Shown: positions 12,450-22,694, counted from the whole stretch's first letter. The stretch is DNA of 63,926 nt, filler included, from Octopus bimaculoides (GCF_001194135.2; 6 parts of 6 records of this genome joined end to end with filler, not necessarily neighbours in it); one strand, 5' to 3'. Translations and numbers: made by a program. Notes: a model not told the origin generated them from the letters alone.

Positions 12450-13006
12450 ATGTCTATTCAAATTGGTTGTATAAATGTTCGTGGCTTGATGTCTAGCTGG
12501 AAGCAAGGACGCTTCCTAAATGACATCAGGTCAAGGAAATTGGATGTGATTGTTGCAACGGAAACCCGAGTAAAGGGGCCAAGAAATCTGTCCCTCCTCC
12601 TGAATGGCTATGAGAAATACGTTTCTCTGAGTCGGGCGGGAGGTGAGGGTAGGGTATTGGTCCTTCTAAAAAGAAACCGGGTAGCCGAGAAAAGGTTGTT
12701 TTTTTCTGATCCAGAAGGCAGGCTGGTCGTTCTTGACCTGACATTCAGTTATGGCAAGATAATCAGGCTAGTTGCTATTTATGCACCCAATATTATGGGC
12801 CCGCAAAGTGAATATTTTCTTGACCTGGGCAAGTTCCTGGCCACGTCACATTCGCTAGTATTGTTAGGAGACTTTAACACAATATGTGAGGCACACACAG
12901 ATTGTGTTGGCTCGAACATGAACAGAAAATGTAACTCAGGCTTATGGGATCTGCTAAGTCACTTTCAGCTAGCAGATCCATATAGGTTGGAACACCCGAA
13001 CACTCC
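12450..13006 (+). pseudogene. LINE ORF2 N-terminus, APE-type endonuclease, truncated
   Basis: IGCINVRGL, LDVIVATETR, EGRLVVLDL, RLVAIYAPN, VLLGDFN, LADPYRLEHP motifs. The ORF runs into antisense SINE sequence at 13007. Confidence 0.9.
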
Positions 13007-13052
13007 ACCTCGGCGGAATTTGAACTCAGAACGTAACGGCAAACGAAATACC
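13007..13052 (-). mobile_element. SINE segment GGTATTTCGTTTGCCGTTACG...CCGAGGT abutting the LINE 3' tail
   Basis: Reverse complement continues the SINE exactly where the head at 10717-10747 was interrupted. Confidence 0.85.
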
Positions 13053-13642
13053 AATTTCTTTATTGCCTACGGGGGGCTAAACGTAGAAATGTACAAAACA
13101 ACTGATTGGGATCAGTAATGCGATATGGTTTACATAAAATATGACTCGAATGATATTAACAGTACATAGACAACACAAATGAAGCGATGATCAGGCCACG
13201 CTCCGACCCCACAAACCCCGATCTATTGCTGGTACCTTTTTTGTTCTCTTTTTTTCCGTCTATTCACACGGTTCCTTGCACGCACAATACTCGTGCAACA
13301 TGCTTCCATCTCTTTTGGAACGTATACTCCGACAGACATCTCCTCTCCAGCCACACTTTCCTTTTCAAATGAAAAGTAAAAAATGAACGTAAATTGTGGC
13401 CAGAGATAAAGTTGCCTGTCTTAATTCCTTTTATCCTAGTCTTCCATACTGCCTCTTTCGCTATTGCTACAACCGTGAGAAAACAATTCTTACCTTCGTT
13501 TGTTAAAACTCCCGGTGGGTCAATTTTTATAATTGACTCAGTCGACAGCTGTACTCTTCCTTCGCCGGACAACAGGTGTTCGGCATAAGCCCACATTTCA
13601 GATATCTCCGGACACTGAACAATAGCGTGAGGGACGGTTTCC
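13053..13642 (-). mobile_element. Inverted 3' end of Tx1-like LINE (ORF2 C-terminus, 3' UTR, tail)
   Basis: Minus strand ETVPHAIVQCPEISEMWAYAEHLL...VAIAKEAVWKTR...KRWKHVAR (end of the ORF2 CCHC region), stop at 13264, tail TTTAGCCCCCCGTAGGCAATAAAGAAATT. Confidence 0.85.
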
Positions 13643-13762
13643 CTTTGCCTTTCATCCTTTCAGGGTCTATTAAATAAGTACCAGTTGCGCACTGGGATCG
13701 ATGTAATCGACTTAATCCCTTTGTCTTTCCCTGTGTGTCCCCTCTATGCTTAGCCCCTTGTG
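13643..13762 (+). mobile_element. 3' part of the interrupted SINE
   Basis: CTTTGCCTTTCATCCTTTC...AAGTACCAGTTGCGCACTGG...TGTCCCCTCTATGCTTAGCCCCTTGTG. Confidence 0.85.
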
Positions 13763-14479
13763 TGTGTATACAAAGTATGGTGGTTTAGTTCACGGGTGAT
13801 CTAAACGATTAAGTACGCTAGGTAAGTGCTGTAACAGATTACTAGGGCTCCAAGGTTATAGCCGAGACGGTAGTTATAGAGCCATTGCAGATTTCCCATG
13901 CAGCGGATATATTCTGTTATTGAACGTTGATATGTTCGCGTCTTTTTTCTCTGGATGTTTACTATATCAAGATTTTAACCCACATGGATTTATGCAGGAT
14001 CGTACCTAAGGACTTATGCTCTTGTTTCTCCAGCATCGGAAAGTTGAACTATGACCTTTTAAACTTCTTTTTTTTCTTCTCTCTCTTCCTCTCCTTATAC
14101 CTTTTCTCCCTTCCTCTATGTCATCATGTCATTAATATATACCATTCTCATTTTCCCTATTTTTCCCTGTTTGCCTCTGATGACAGAATCACGTATCCGG
14201 GGATATCCTAGAAACAGCTGTAAGACTGAATTTTTTCCGATAATAATATTGTATATGACTTGAGATGCTTGCCTTGCCTTAACATTTGTTGTCCTCTTTC
14301 ACAATTATGTATATATATATATTTGGGCAAATTCTCTTGCAGCCCGAGAGAAAATTTAAAGTGCACAGGCACTTAATTTGACGACTATGTTTCATGGGTG
14401 CAGTTCCATTGATCTTGAGAATCAAATATCGATTGCAACGGTTAGAACCGACAATCTTAAGTGTTAAGAAAATACATGT

Positions 14480-14920
14480 TACAACAATCTGAGAATGCTG
14501 AAATAACTGAGGAACCCCACAGCAATTTAGGCCAAGTTTCGTTAATCAGTTAATCAAAAATCATCTTACTCTTTGCTTGAGTGATCTAGGTAAAAATCTA
14601 TTTTTCTCAACCTATCTTTAGCGCATCTGTGTATAAAATTTCAAGAAAATCGGTTGAAAACTTTAAAAGTTATGGCAGAAAATAACATTCATATGAGAAT
14701 TTGCGTTGAAATGTCCTATTGATTTTTGAAAAATCGATGCTGATTAACAATTATCGATTTTTTTGAAATTCCAAGTGCGTAAGTGACCGCATGGGTATAA
14801 GCCCCACACACGTGTCAAGTTTAATCAAGATCGGTTGGATAGTCTCGGAGGAGTTAAAGTAACAAATTCACAAACACACACAGCGACAGACAGAAATTGC
14901 CATTTATGTATATATATAAA
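14480..14920 (-). mobile_element. Probable non-autonomous Helitron-like repeat
   Basis: AAGTTTAATCAAGATCGGTTGGATAGTCTCGGAGGAGTT...ACAGACAGAAATTGCCATTTATGTATATATA layout resembles invertebrate Helitron-derived repeats; other terminus not resolved. Confidence 0.45.
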
Positions 14921-15520
14921 AATATATATATATATATATAATAAATGTGAAAACAAATTTCTGTGAGTCAGTGTGTCACACTTCGACCCCCTCTCTCACT
15001 ATTCATTGACACTCGTACTATTGCTCATGTTGGGGTGATAGTAATAAGTAATAGTATGAGCTGTAGTTGTGATAGAGGCAGAGGCGACGGTGATGATGGT
15101 GGTAGCTGAAGCAGTCAGGGACAATGGTGGTGGTGGCAGCTGAAGCTGAGAGTAAGTGATGTGAAAGACAGTGGTGAAGGTGATGGAGGTGAAGGCGACG
15201 AAGTCAAAGGTATTGATGGTGGTGGCGTGAGAAGTCTGAATGGTGCGTGTATTTCAGTTGTGGTGGTGATGGTGGTGGTACTGGTGATGGTGATGGGTGA
15301 AAACAATCAACAGAAAGTGAGAGAGAAAGAAAGAGTTTAGACAGAAAAACTACGTGTACCGACCCCTGAATGGGAAGACAAAAAATGTTATTTATCATGC
15401 TGCTTTGCTATAAGTTCCAAATCGACAAATTATATCATTGTTTTGATGAAAATTGTTGATTGCTTCAAAAATATTGGTCAAGTATAATAAAATTTAATAT
15501 GTACTTGATGGATACATATG

Positions 15521-15547
15521 GCGAAACGCTTAGCGGTATTTCGTCTG
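15521..15547 (+). mobile_element. SINE-head remnant at the 5' junction of element B
   Basis: GCGAAACGCTTAGCGGTATTTCGTCTG, then TGTGAGTTT. Confidence 0.8.
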
Positions 15548-17371
15548 TGTGAGTTTACTGGTCGGACGTGTTATTACTCGCTGCGATTTTTTTTTTTAGT
15601 ATAACGCCACTATTGTTTGGTGGGCGTTACTGAGATGGAGAAAATGAAGACGTATGCAGCAGCGACGAGGAGTCGAGCTTCCGTCGTCCCAGGCCTGCTG
15701 AAGCAATATGAAATACATTGGAATGAAGACATGGCTGAGAAAATTGGAAAATATAAAGAAATGATAAAGAAGGAGGGGCCAAACGTAAAGTTGACCCTAT
15801 CAGAGGAGGAAAAGACGAAAATGGAAATTGGAGTCGTGGAATATAAATAATTTTCAAGGAAAAATAAAAGAATAGAGAGTACAATGAAAGAGGAGGTGGA
15901 GGAGTGTTTGAAGGAATTGCAAGATGTGTCGTTTTTTTACAAGAGACAAGACATACGCGTCTGTAGAGATCACATTTGTGTCGGAGGAGGCAGTAAAGAA
16001 ATACGCCAATAAGACGTTAACTAAAGGAAATTGGATGCTCTTTCCCAATAAGTTGGGTAGACCTCCAACGTGGATTAAAGTGGGTAAGATCCCACCGAAA
16101 ATAGAGTTGGAAGGGGTAATGGCAGCAGTTTTTCCTGAAGGAGAGGGAGAAGAAGTAAGGATAATTATGATAAGCAGAACCCAACAAATAAATTATTGGG
16201 GGTATAGATTGGAGGTGCTTTTTACGGCAAGTCAGAAAGTTTACAGTGACATACCGGAGACACTGGAACTACCTAACGAGGACAAACTGGACATAATGTT
16301 GGAGGGGAGACCTCCAAAGTGCTATGAATGTGGCAAAAGAGGTCACATTAGAAGAAGGTGCCCAGAAATAATGGAAAACAAAGAAATGGTAACGCAAGAA
16401 GGCGTGATAGAGGAGAGGAAACAGTCACAGGAAGAGGAGTAGAGAGCTGATTTTGAGGAAGCTAAATCAAGGAAGAAAGAAAGGAGGATCTCATCGCCGA
16501 AAGTCGAACAAGGGAAAAAATGCAAATCACAGGATCAAGTGGGATCACTGAGGAAAGAGGATAATAGCAGAACATTACCACAGAACCATACAGTCTCACA
16601 ATCGCACAGACAGATACACAGATGCATAAACACACAGACATACATACACTCGGAAGCGTAGAAGATAACGCAGAATTGCAGAAACCTAAAAGCACAGAAC
16701 CTGAAAACACAGACACACAAACACAACATGCAGACTTACAGTCACACAAACATGGAGACCCACAGACAAACACACAGATATACAGTCACAAAGAAATATA
16801 GAAGAACAGACGCATGGTAGTACAGAATCACAAAAACAAAAAATAACAGACATACAGACGCAGGAGGTACATAGGAACGGCATATATTTAATGTCATATC
16901 GATATACACAAAAAATAGAAAAGAAGATATCCATAATAAAAGACATTGTCAAAGTGGACCTCTCAGACGGTTGCGATAAGGAGATGAGATGAATCTTAAT
17001 AGAAAAAGAAAAGTATAAAAAATTTAAAGAGGCTTCCCGACAGATATAAACCCACTGGGGCCCGAGGTGAATTTCGAACCCAGCGCTCCAGTGGTGAACT
17101 ACGAGGAAATAAAAGATTATATAAAATGGTGAGTAGTTTTATTTTGGATAAATTATTGAGATAATTTTGAAAAGAACTATCGAAGACTGTGAAAGGAACT
17201 ATTGAGAACTGTTGAAATAATTGAAATAACGCTGCCGCCCCGGGGTGGGGCTGGGGTGGCCGTCCCATCATCATTGTTTAATTTCATTGTTCCATTCTAT
17301 CATGTGTTAATTGTCCCCGCATGTGTGTATTGTCCCATCTGTGTTTAACCCCTTGTGGGTAATAAAGAAAT
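15548..17371 (+). mobile_element. ORF1-only non-LTR retroelement (element B, ~1.8 kb, HAL1-like)
   Basis: 5' UTR, ORF1 with CYECGKRGHIRRRC knuckle, no endonuclease or RT, shared 3' tail ...CCCCTTGTGGGTAATAAAGAAAT, followed by CGGTATTT (duplicate of the 5' flank) before a gap. Confidence 0.8.
15635..17035 (+). pseudogene. ORF1 of element B (gag-like CCHC, RRM-like region), with stops and a frameshift
   Basis: MEKMKTYAAA...VEYK*FSRK...FTRDKTYASVEITF...LEGRPPKCYECGKRGHIRRRC..., low-complexity linker, then IEKKISIIKDIVKV...ILIEKEKY. Confidence 0.75.
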
Positions 17372-18011
17372 CGGTATTTNNNNNNNNNNNNNNNNNNNNN
17401 NNNNNNNNNNNNNNNNNNNNNNNNNNNNNNNNNNNNNNNNNNNNNNNNNNNNNNNNNNNNNNNNNNNNNNNNNNNNNNNNNNNNNNNNNNNNNNNNNNNN
17501 NNNNNNNNNNNNNNNNNNNNNNNNNNNNNNNNNNNNNNNNNNNNNNNNNNNNNNNNNNNNNNNNNNNNNNNNNNNNNNNNNNNNNNNNNNNNNNNNNNNN
17601 NNNNNNNNNNNNNNNNNNNNNNNNNNNNNNNNNNNNNNNNNNNNNNNNNNNNNNNNNNNNNNNNNNNNNNNNNNNNNNNNNNNNNNNNNNNNNNNNNNNN
17701 NNNNNNNNNNNNNNNNNNNNNNNNNNNNNNNNNNNNNNNNNNNNNNNNNNNNNNNNNNNNNNNNNNNNNNNNNNNNNNNNNNNNNNNNNNNNNNNNNNNN
17801 NNNNNNNNNNNNNNNNNNNNNNNNNNNNNNNNNNNNNNNNNNNNNNNNNNNNNNNNNNNNNNNNNNNNNNNNNNNNNNNNNNNNNNNNNNNNNNNNNNNN
17901 NNNNNNNNNNNNNNNNNNNNNNNNNNNNNNNNNNNNNNNNNNNNNNNNNNNNNNNNNNNNNNNNNNNNNNNNNNNNNNNNNNNNNNNNNNNNNNNNNNNN
18001 NNNNNNNNNNN

Positions 18012-19651
18012 AATGACTCGTGAACCGAAACGAGCCCTTGCTGGGAGCTGTGCTTCTGCGGCTGGGAGCTGTGCTTCTGCGGCTGGGAGCCGCATCACCG
18101 CGACGGATTCGCTGGAGGTACGAGAAGTCATAATTGAACCTGAGAAGTTGGAAGAGTACAAGGAACTGGTCCAGAAGGAGGAGTCATGTTTGAAGTTGAC
18201 CCCCGCCCGAGGAAGTAACCAACAAAACGAGGACAGTGGTTTACAGAACGCTGTCCATAACCAGTAAGAAGATTGAGATGGCAGCAGAGGAAGCCATTGA
18301 GAAATGTCTGGAAGAAGTAAAGAGTGTTGTAACATTCTATTCTAGAGGAAGAAGATATGGCACAGTGGTAGTGAGGTTTGCCACCGAAGAAGAGGCAATA
18401 AATCACTCCGCTGTGCCGCTTAGATCACAAGAATGGGTGCTCCTGCCGACCCACTCGGCAAAAGAGTCGCAAGAATTAGGATAGGCAGGGTGCCACCTGA
18501 TATTGAAGAAGCGTGGCTGGTAGCAACCGTGATGTACGGAACCCAAGAAGACACAAAGGTAATACAAGTGGCAAGAACAAAAAAAATGAATTGATGAGGT
18601 TACGGCCTGGAAATAGTTATCCAGGCCACCCAGCAAAACCTGAAAGAAATAGCAGAAGAGGCGTTGCTACCTGAAGATATAAGGCTGAGAGGGGTGATAG
18701 AGGGAAGATAGCCCACCTGCTACCACTGTGGAGAAAAGGGGCACATTAAAATAAAGTGCTCCCAGATAAGCAGTAAAACCACAGAAAACCAGCATGAACA
18801 AAGTAGGAGTACATATTATAACGATATTGGTCTGTAAGAAAAACAGCTCCATGACGCAATTCAGCATGAACAAAGTAGGAGTACCCAGCCCAGGAGAAGG
18901 GTATGGAAGACACAGAGGAGGAGGGATTTACCGAAGTACCCAAAAGAAAGAAAAGGGAAACGGTAAATACACCCCCGAAAAGCACAAAGAAGAGGAAAAA
19001 GACTAATACAGAAGACATTGTACAACAAACACACAACACACAAGATACACTCACACAGCATACATCAGCACCAGTAACACAAAAAAAAGGAAACCGCCCC
19101 AGCTAGTCCGAGTTCACCTCGTAGACAAACAGACACAGACAGGCATAACACACAGTCCCTCAAAAGTCCCCGTAAAAACAAAGCGTATATTATGACGTAC
19201 ACAAAAAGCACGGCAATCAAACGAAAAATTACCAAATTCAAATCGGTGATTAAAGTGAAATTACTGGCTGTGGAATATACAGAAGATACTAAATGTATAC
19301 TAATAGACAAGGAAAGGTACGCTAAATTAAGGAAATTGTTCGGATCAAACATTGACCTATTAGTAGTGGAGGCGGTGGATGATGCCCTACCTCCAGTCGT
19401 GGACTTGGACGATTTGAGACCGTATATAAACTGGTAAAATAATGTAAGTTTTAAGATCATATAAAAAGAATAAAAAACTGAAAAGATTTTTTGATAAAAA
19501 ACAGTTAAATCGTACTACTGGAGAGTGGGATTCGAGTAGCCATCGCACCTCCATTTATTTATAATTTATTTTCATTCATTCTTTGTTTTATGACTCCACT
19601 TTGTGTTGTCTGTCCCTTCTATGTTGGGCTCTCAATGGCCAATAAAGAAAT
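18012..19651 (+). mobile_element. ORF1-only non-LTR retroelement (element C; 5' end lies in the gap)
   Basis: ORF1 homologous to B (IEKCLEEVKSVVTFYSRGRRYGTVVVRF; IEGR*PTCYHCGEKGHIKIKC); terminal ORF segment 19192-19437; tail ...GGCCAATAAAGAAAT; no ORF2. Confidence 0.75.
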
Positions 19652-20189
19652 ATTTTATGTGGATGCATATATATGAGAGAGATAGCGAGAGAGAACGAGA
19701 TTATGTGTGTGCGATATGCAAATGGCCGAATACGTGCGCCCCTCTGTATGTGTATTTAAACTGGTTCTGACTGCATAATAAAATATCTAAATTTGTATCT
19801 GGTCACTTTTGTTGAAACGTATTGTGTGTGAAATTAATTTTTAATTTCCACACATTTACATTAACGTCAATGAACTTCAAGGCCCACCCTGAGGTGTCTG
19901 GTGCTATGTGCTATTTGATGTTGCAGCTTGCAAGTTTCCTCACGCAAAACGACTGAAAGTTTTCGACTAAGTGAAAATACTTACTGACAAGATTCTAGTT
20001 CCTTACGGAGAAATAAGCAGACCAATATCGTTTTATGTACTCTTCTACCCGGCTTGTTGTTCGGCACAAAACTGATTCACCGAGGAGATTAAAATGTTTG
20101 TGATTTCTTCAGTATTGTTGACGACTGTAAGAACACTTAACCTTTAAACGGTGAACCTATCATTCGATGCTTCAAACCTTTCACATGGA

Positions 20190-20290
20190 TACGGCCACCA
20201 CGAAAGGGAAGTAAATATTTTTACAGCATTTTTCCATAATGAGATTGTAGATTTTACTGTACGAAAGACTAACAATTATAGTTTTTGGAC
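20190..20290 (+). mobile_element. Possible piggyBac-like transposase N-terminal remnant
   Basis: Translation VNIFTAFFHNEIVDFTVRKTNNY resembles the F..FF..EI...IV..TN.Y motif; short, no catalytic region. Confidence 0.3.
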
Positions 20291-20604
20291 TTATTTAAAG
20301 AGAAAATCGATATAAAAATTGCCCTTAAGAAAAAGNNNNNNNNNNNNNNNNNNNNNNNNNNNNNNNNNNNNNNNNNNNNNNNNNNNNNNNNNNNNNNNNN
20401 NNNNNNNNNNNNNNNNNNNNNNNNNNNNNNGACATACACACTATAAAATAGACATACTCCAGGGCTGAGTACCCAATGAATATTTCTAACTTAAAGCAAT
20501 CAAAAAAATAAAACAGGCAATCGATTTTCTGTTTATATCTACTCGACTTTTATTGGTTCTACTGATCTCCACCTCTGTGATGCTAATCGATGTGAAAATA
20601 TATG

Positions 20605-20771
20605 TAATGGTTGTGTGGTTAAGAAGCTCCCTTTGTGACTATGTGGTTTCAGGTTCATTCCCACTGCGTGGCACCTAAAGCAAGCGTCTTCTGTTATAGT
20701 GCCGGGTTAACCGGTGCCTTGCGAGTGAAAATGAGTAGATGGAAACTGTGTGGATTCCCATCGTGTGTATG

Positions 20772-20806
<35 letters not shown>

Positions 20807-21055
20807 GTATATATGTATATATATATGTGTGTGTGTGTGTGCGAGTGTGTGCAGGCGTGAGTTCGCGTTTGTCCCCATACAGATAGCGGCAACCAGTGTT
20901 GGTTTTTTCCGTCCCTATACATTAGCGGTTCATCAAAAGAAACCGATAAAATAAGTACCAGCTTTAAGAAATAATGGAATCGATTTGTTTACCTAAATCC
21001 CTCCAAAGCAGTGCTCCAGCATGGCTGCAGTCCAGTAGCTGAAACCAGTAAAGAA
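20605..21055 (+). mobile_element. Near full-length second-family SINE with internal microsatellite
   Basis: Head (GGTTCATTCCCACTGCGTGGCACC), (TA)n(TG)n tract, 3' part ending GTGCTCCAGCATGGCTGCAGTC...GAAACCAGTAAAGAATA. Confidence 0.8.
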
Positions 21056-22113
21056 TATAAATTCTTTTACCCAATTCTTTAAAATATTCTTTAATGTTGC
21101 TACTGCAGAAAAAGTTTTAATTCTGACGAGATACTAACTGAAAAATCAAAGCAATGGTAATAAATACCGACAATCATTTAATCCGGCACACTAACCTCCA
21201 TCTCAATTCACATATTTAAACCACAATTTAAGTGCTAATTCTTCTTTTGTTGGTTCGGATTTCTTTTATAATTTCTTACAACGGTGCATGGCCAAAATTT
21301 TATGTGAGGGTATATTCGATTATATCGATCTGTATATATGATTGATACTTTATTTTAGCTGCCCTGAATAGGTGAAAGTCGAAGGAACCAGATTTATAAA
21401 CCGTAAGACATTTTATCCGAAGCTCTGAAGATTTTATCGATCCACCTCTTCACTTCCTTTATATTTTATCTCTAATATAGGTACAAGGTGTGAAATATTA
21501 GAGGTGGAGAGAATAATCGATTAGCTGGACCCTAATAACTGACTGGAATTTTTTAATACTATTGACCTCAAAGTAAGAACGTCAAAATCAACTTTGGTCT
21601 GATTGGAACTCAGAACTTAGAGATCCGTAGACATTTCGTCCAAAGCTCTGAAGACTACTGCATCAATTCATTCTACAGATTTTATTTTTGAAATGTTTTA
21701 CACAGTTCAAATCATGTCAATAGTAACTTTTCCTTTCACACCCCTGAAAACCATAACATGATTCATCGCTAGAACACGCTCCAAGAGAACATTTTCAACA
21801 TGAAACATTATTCTCAATGAAATGTAAAATGTTATAATCAAACTCAAGGCACCGTCACAGTTGCCAAGTTCTTACCCAAAATTCCAATTCTAAAATCAAT
21901 TTGTGTTGAAGCCATTCTGCCAATTCAGCAGAATTTTTCAGGCAACCACAACAACAACTGAAATACAAATAGACCAGCAACAATGCAAACGGGCCGGCTC
22001 GACCGCATAAAGAACAGTAAGAGTCAACACAAAAAGCAAAGTTAAAATTTTTCATACAGCGTTTGTGTCTCATTTCTGAATTTCTTCCTTTTCTTTTTCA
22101 GACTCAAAACTCA

Positions 22114-22273
22114 ATGGTAACACATAAACATGATACAGGAGATGATAAAGATAAATCAGATGATCGTGGGCAGTGGGGCAATAAGGCAGAGTTTATGCTG
22201 TCCTGCATAGGATTATCTGTTGGACTTGGTAACGTTTGGAGATTCCCCTATTTGGCGTTCAAACATGGAGGAG
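22114..22273 (+). CDS. First coding exon of an SLC6 sodium:neurotransmitter symporter family transporter (amino-acid type)
   Basis: [36 protein letters not shown] is the SLC6 TM1 signature. Acceptor TTTTTCAG at 22094-22101; donor G|GTAAAC at 22273/22274 (phase 1). The scaffold ends before downstream exons. Confidence 0.92.
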
Positions 22274-22550
22274 GTAAACATATTCATAATTTCTTTGATT
22301 TCTTTAATAGTTTAATGCGTGTGGTTATAATCTGTCTTGAGTTTACAAACTTGTTTCACTGCAATTTTAGTTGTGTTGAAGCGAGTGAGATATATATATA
22401 TATATATATATAATACAATTGATATGTGAGCTGTGCATATATACATACCTACATCTACATGTATATATAGATGCATATCCGGATACAGGACGTCAAAAAA
22501 ATGTGATAGATGTATATATGTGAGATATATATATATATATGTATATATGT

Positions 22551-22594
<44 letters not shown>

Positions 22595-22694
22595 NNNNNN
22601 NNNNNNNNNNNNNNNNNNNNNNNNNNNNNNNNNNNNNNTTAATTAATTAANNNNNNNNNNNNNNNNNNNNNNNNNNNNNNNNNNNNNNNNNNNN
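22595..22694. other. Artificial 100-nt scaffold joiner
   Basis: 44N-TTAATTAATTAA-44N. Confidence 0.95.

Larger units (their letters stand above)
10748..13006 (+). mobile_element. Tx1/L1-like non-LTR retrotransposon, 5' portion (element A)
   Basis: 5' UTR, frameshifted ORF1, inter-ORF spacer and ORF2 with an APE-type endonuclease start. Confidence 0.85.

Noticed and set aside
13007-13118. C-terminal extension of the ORF2 endonuclease (PRRNLNSERNGKRN...)
   Set aside because: Read-through into antisense SINE and LINE-tail sequence after the inversion breakpoint.
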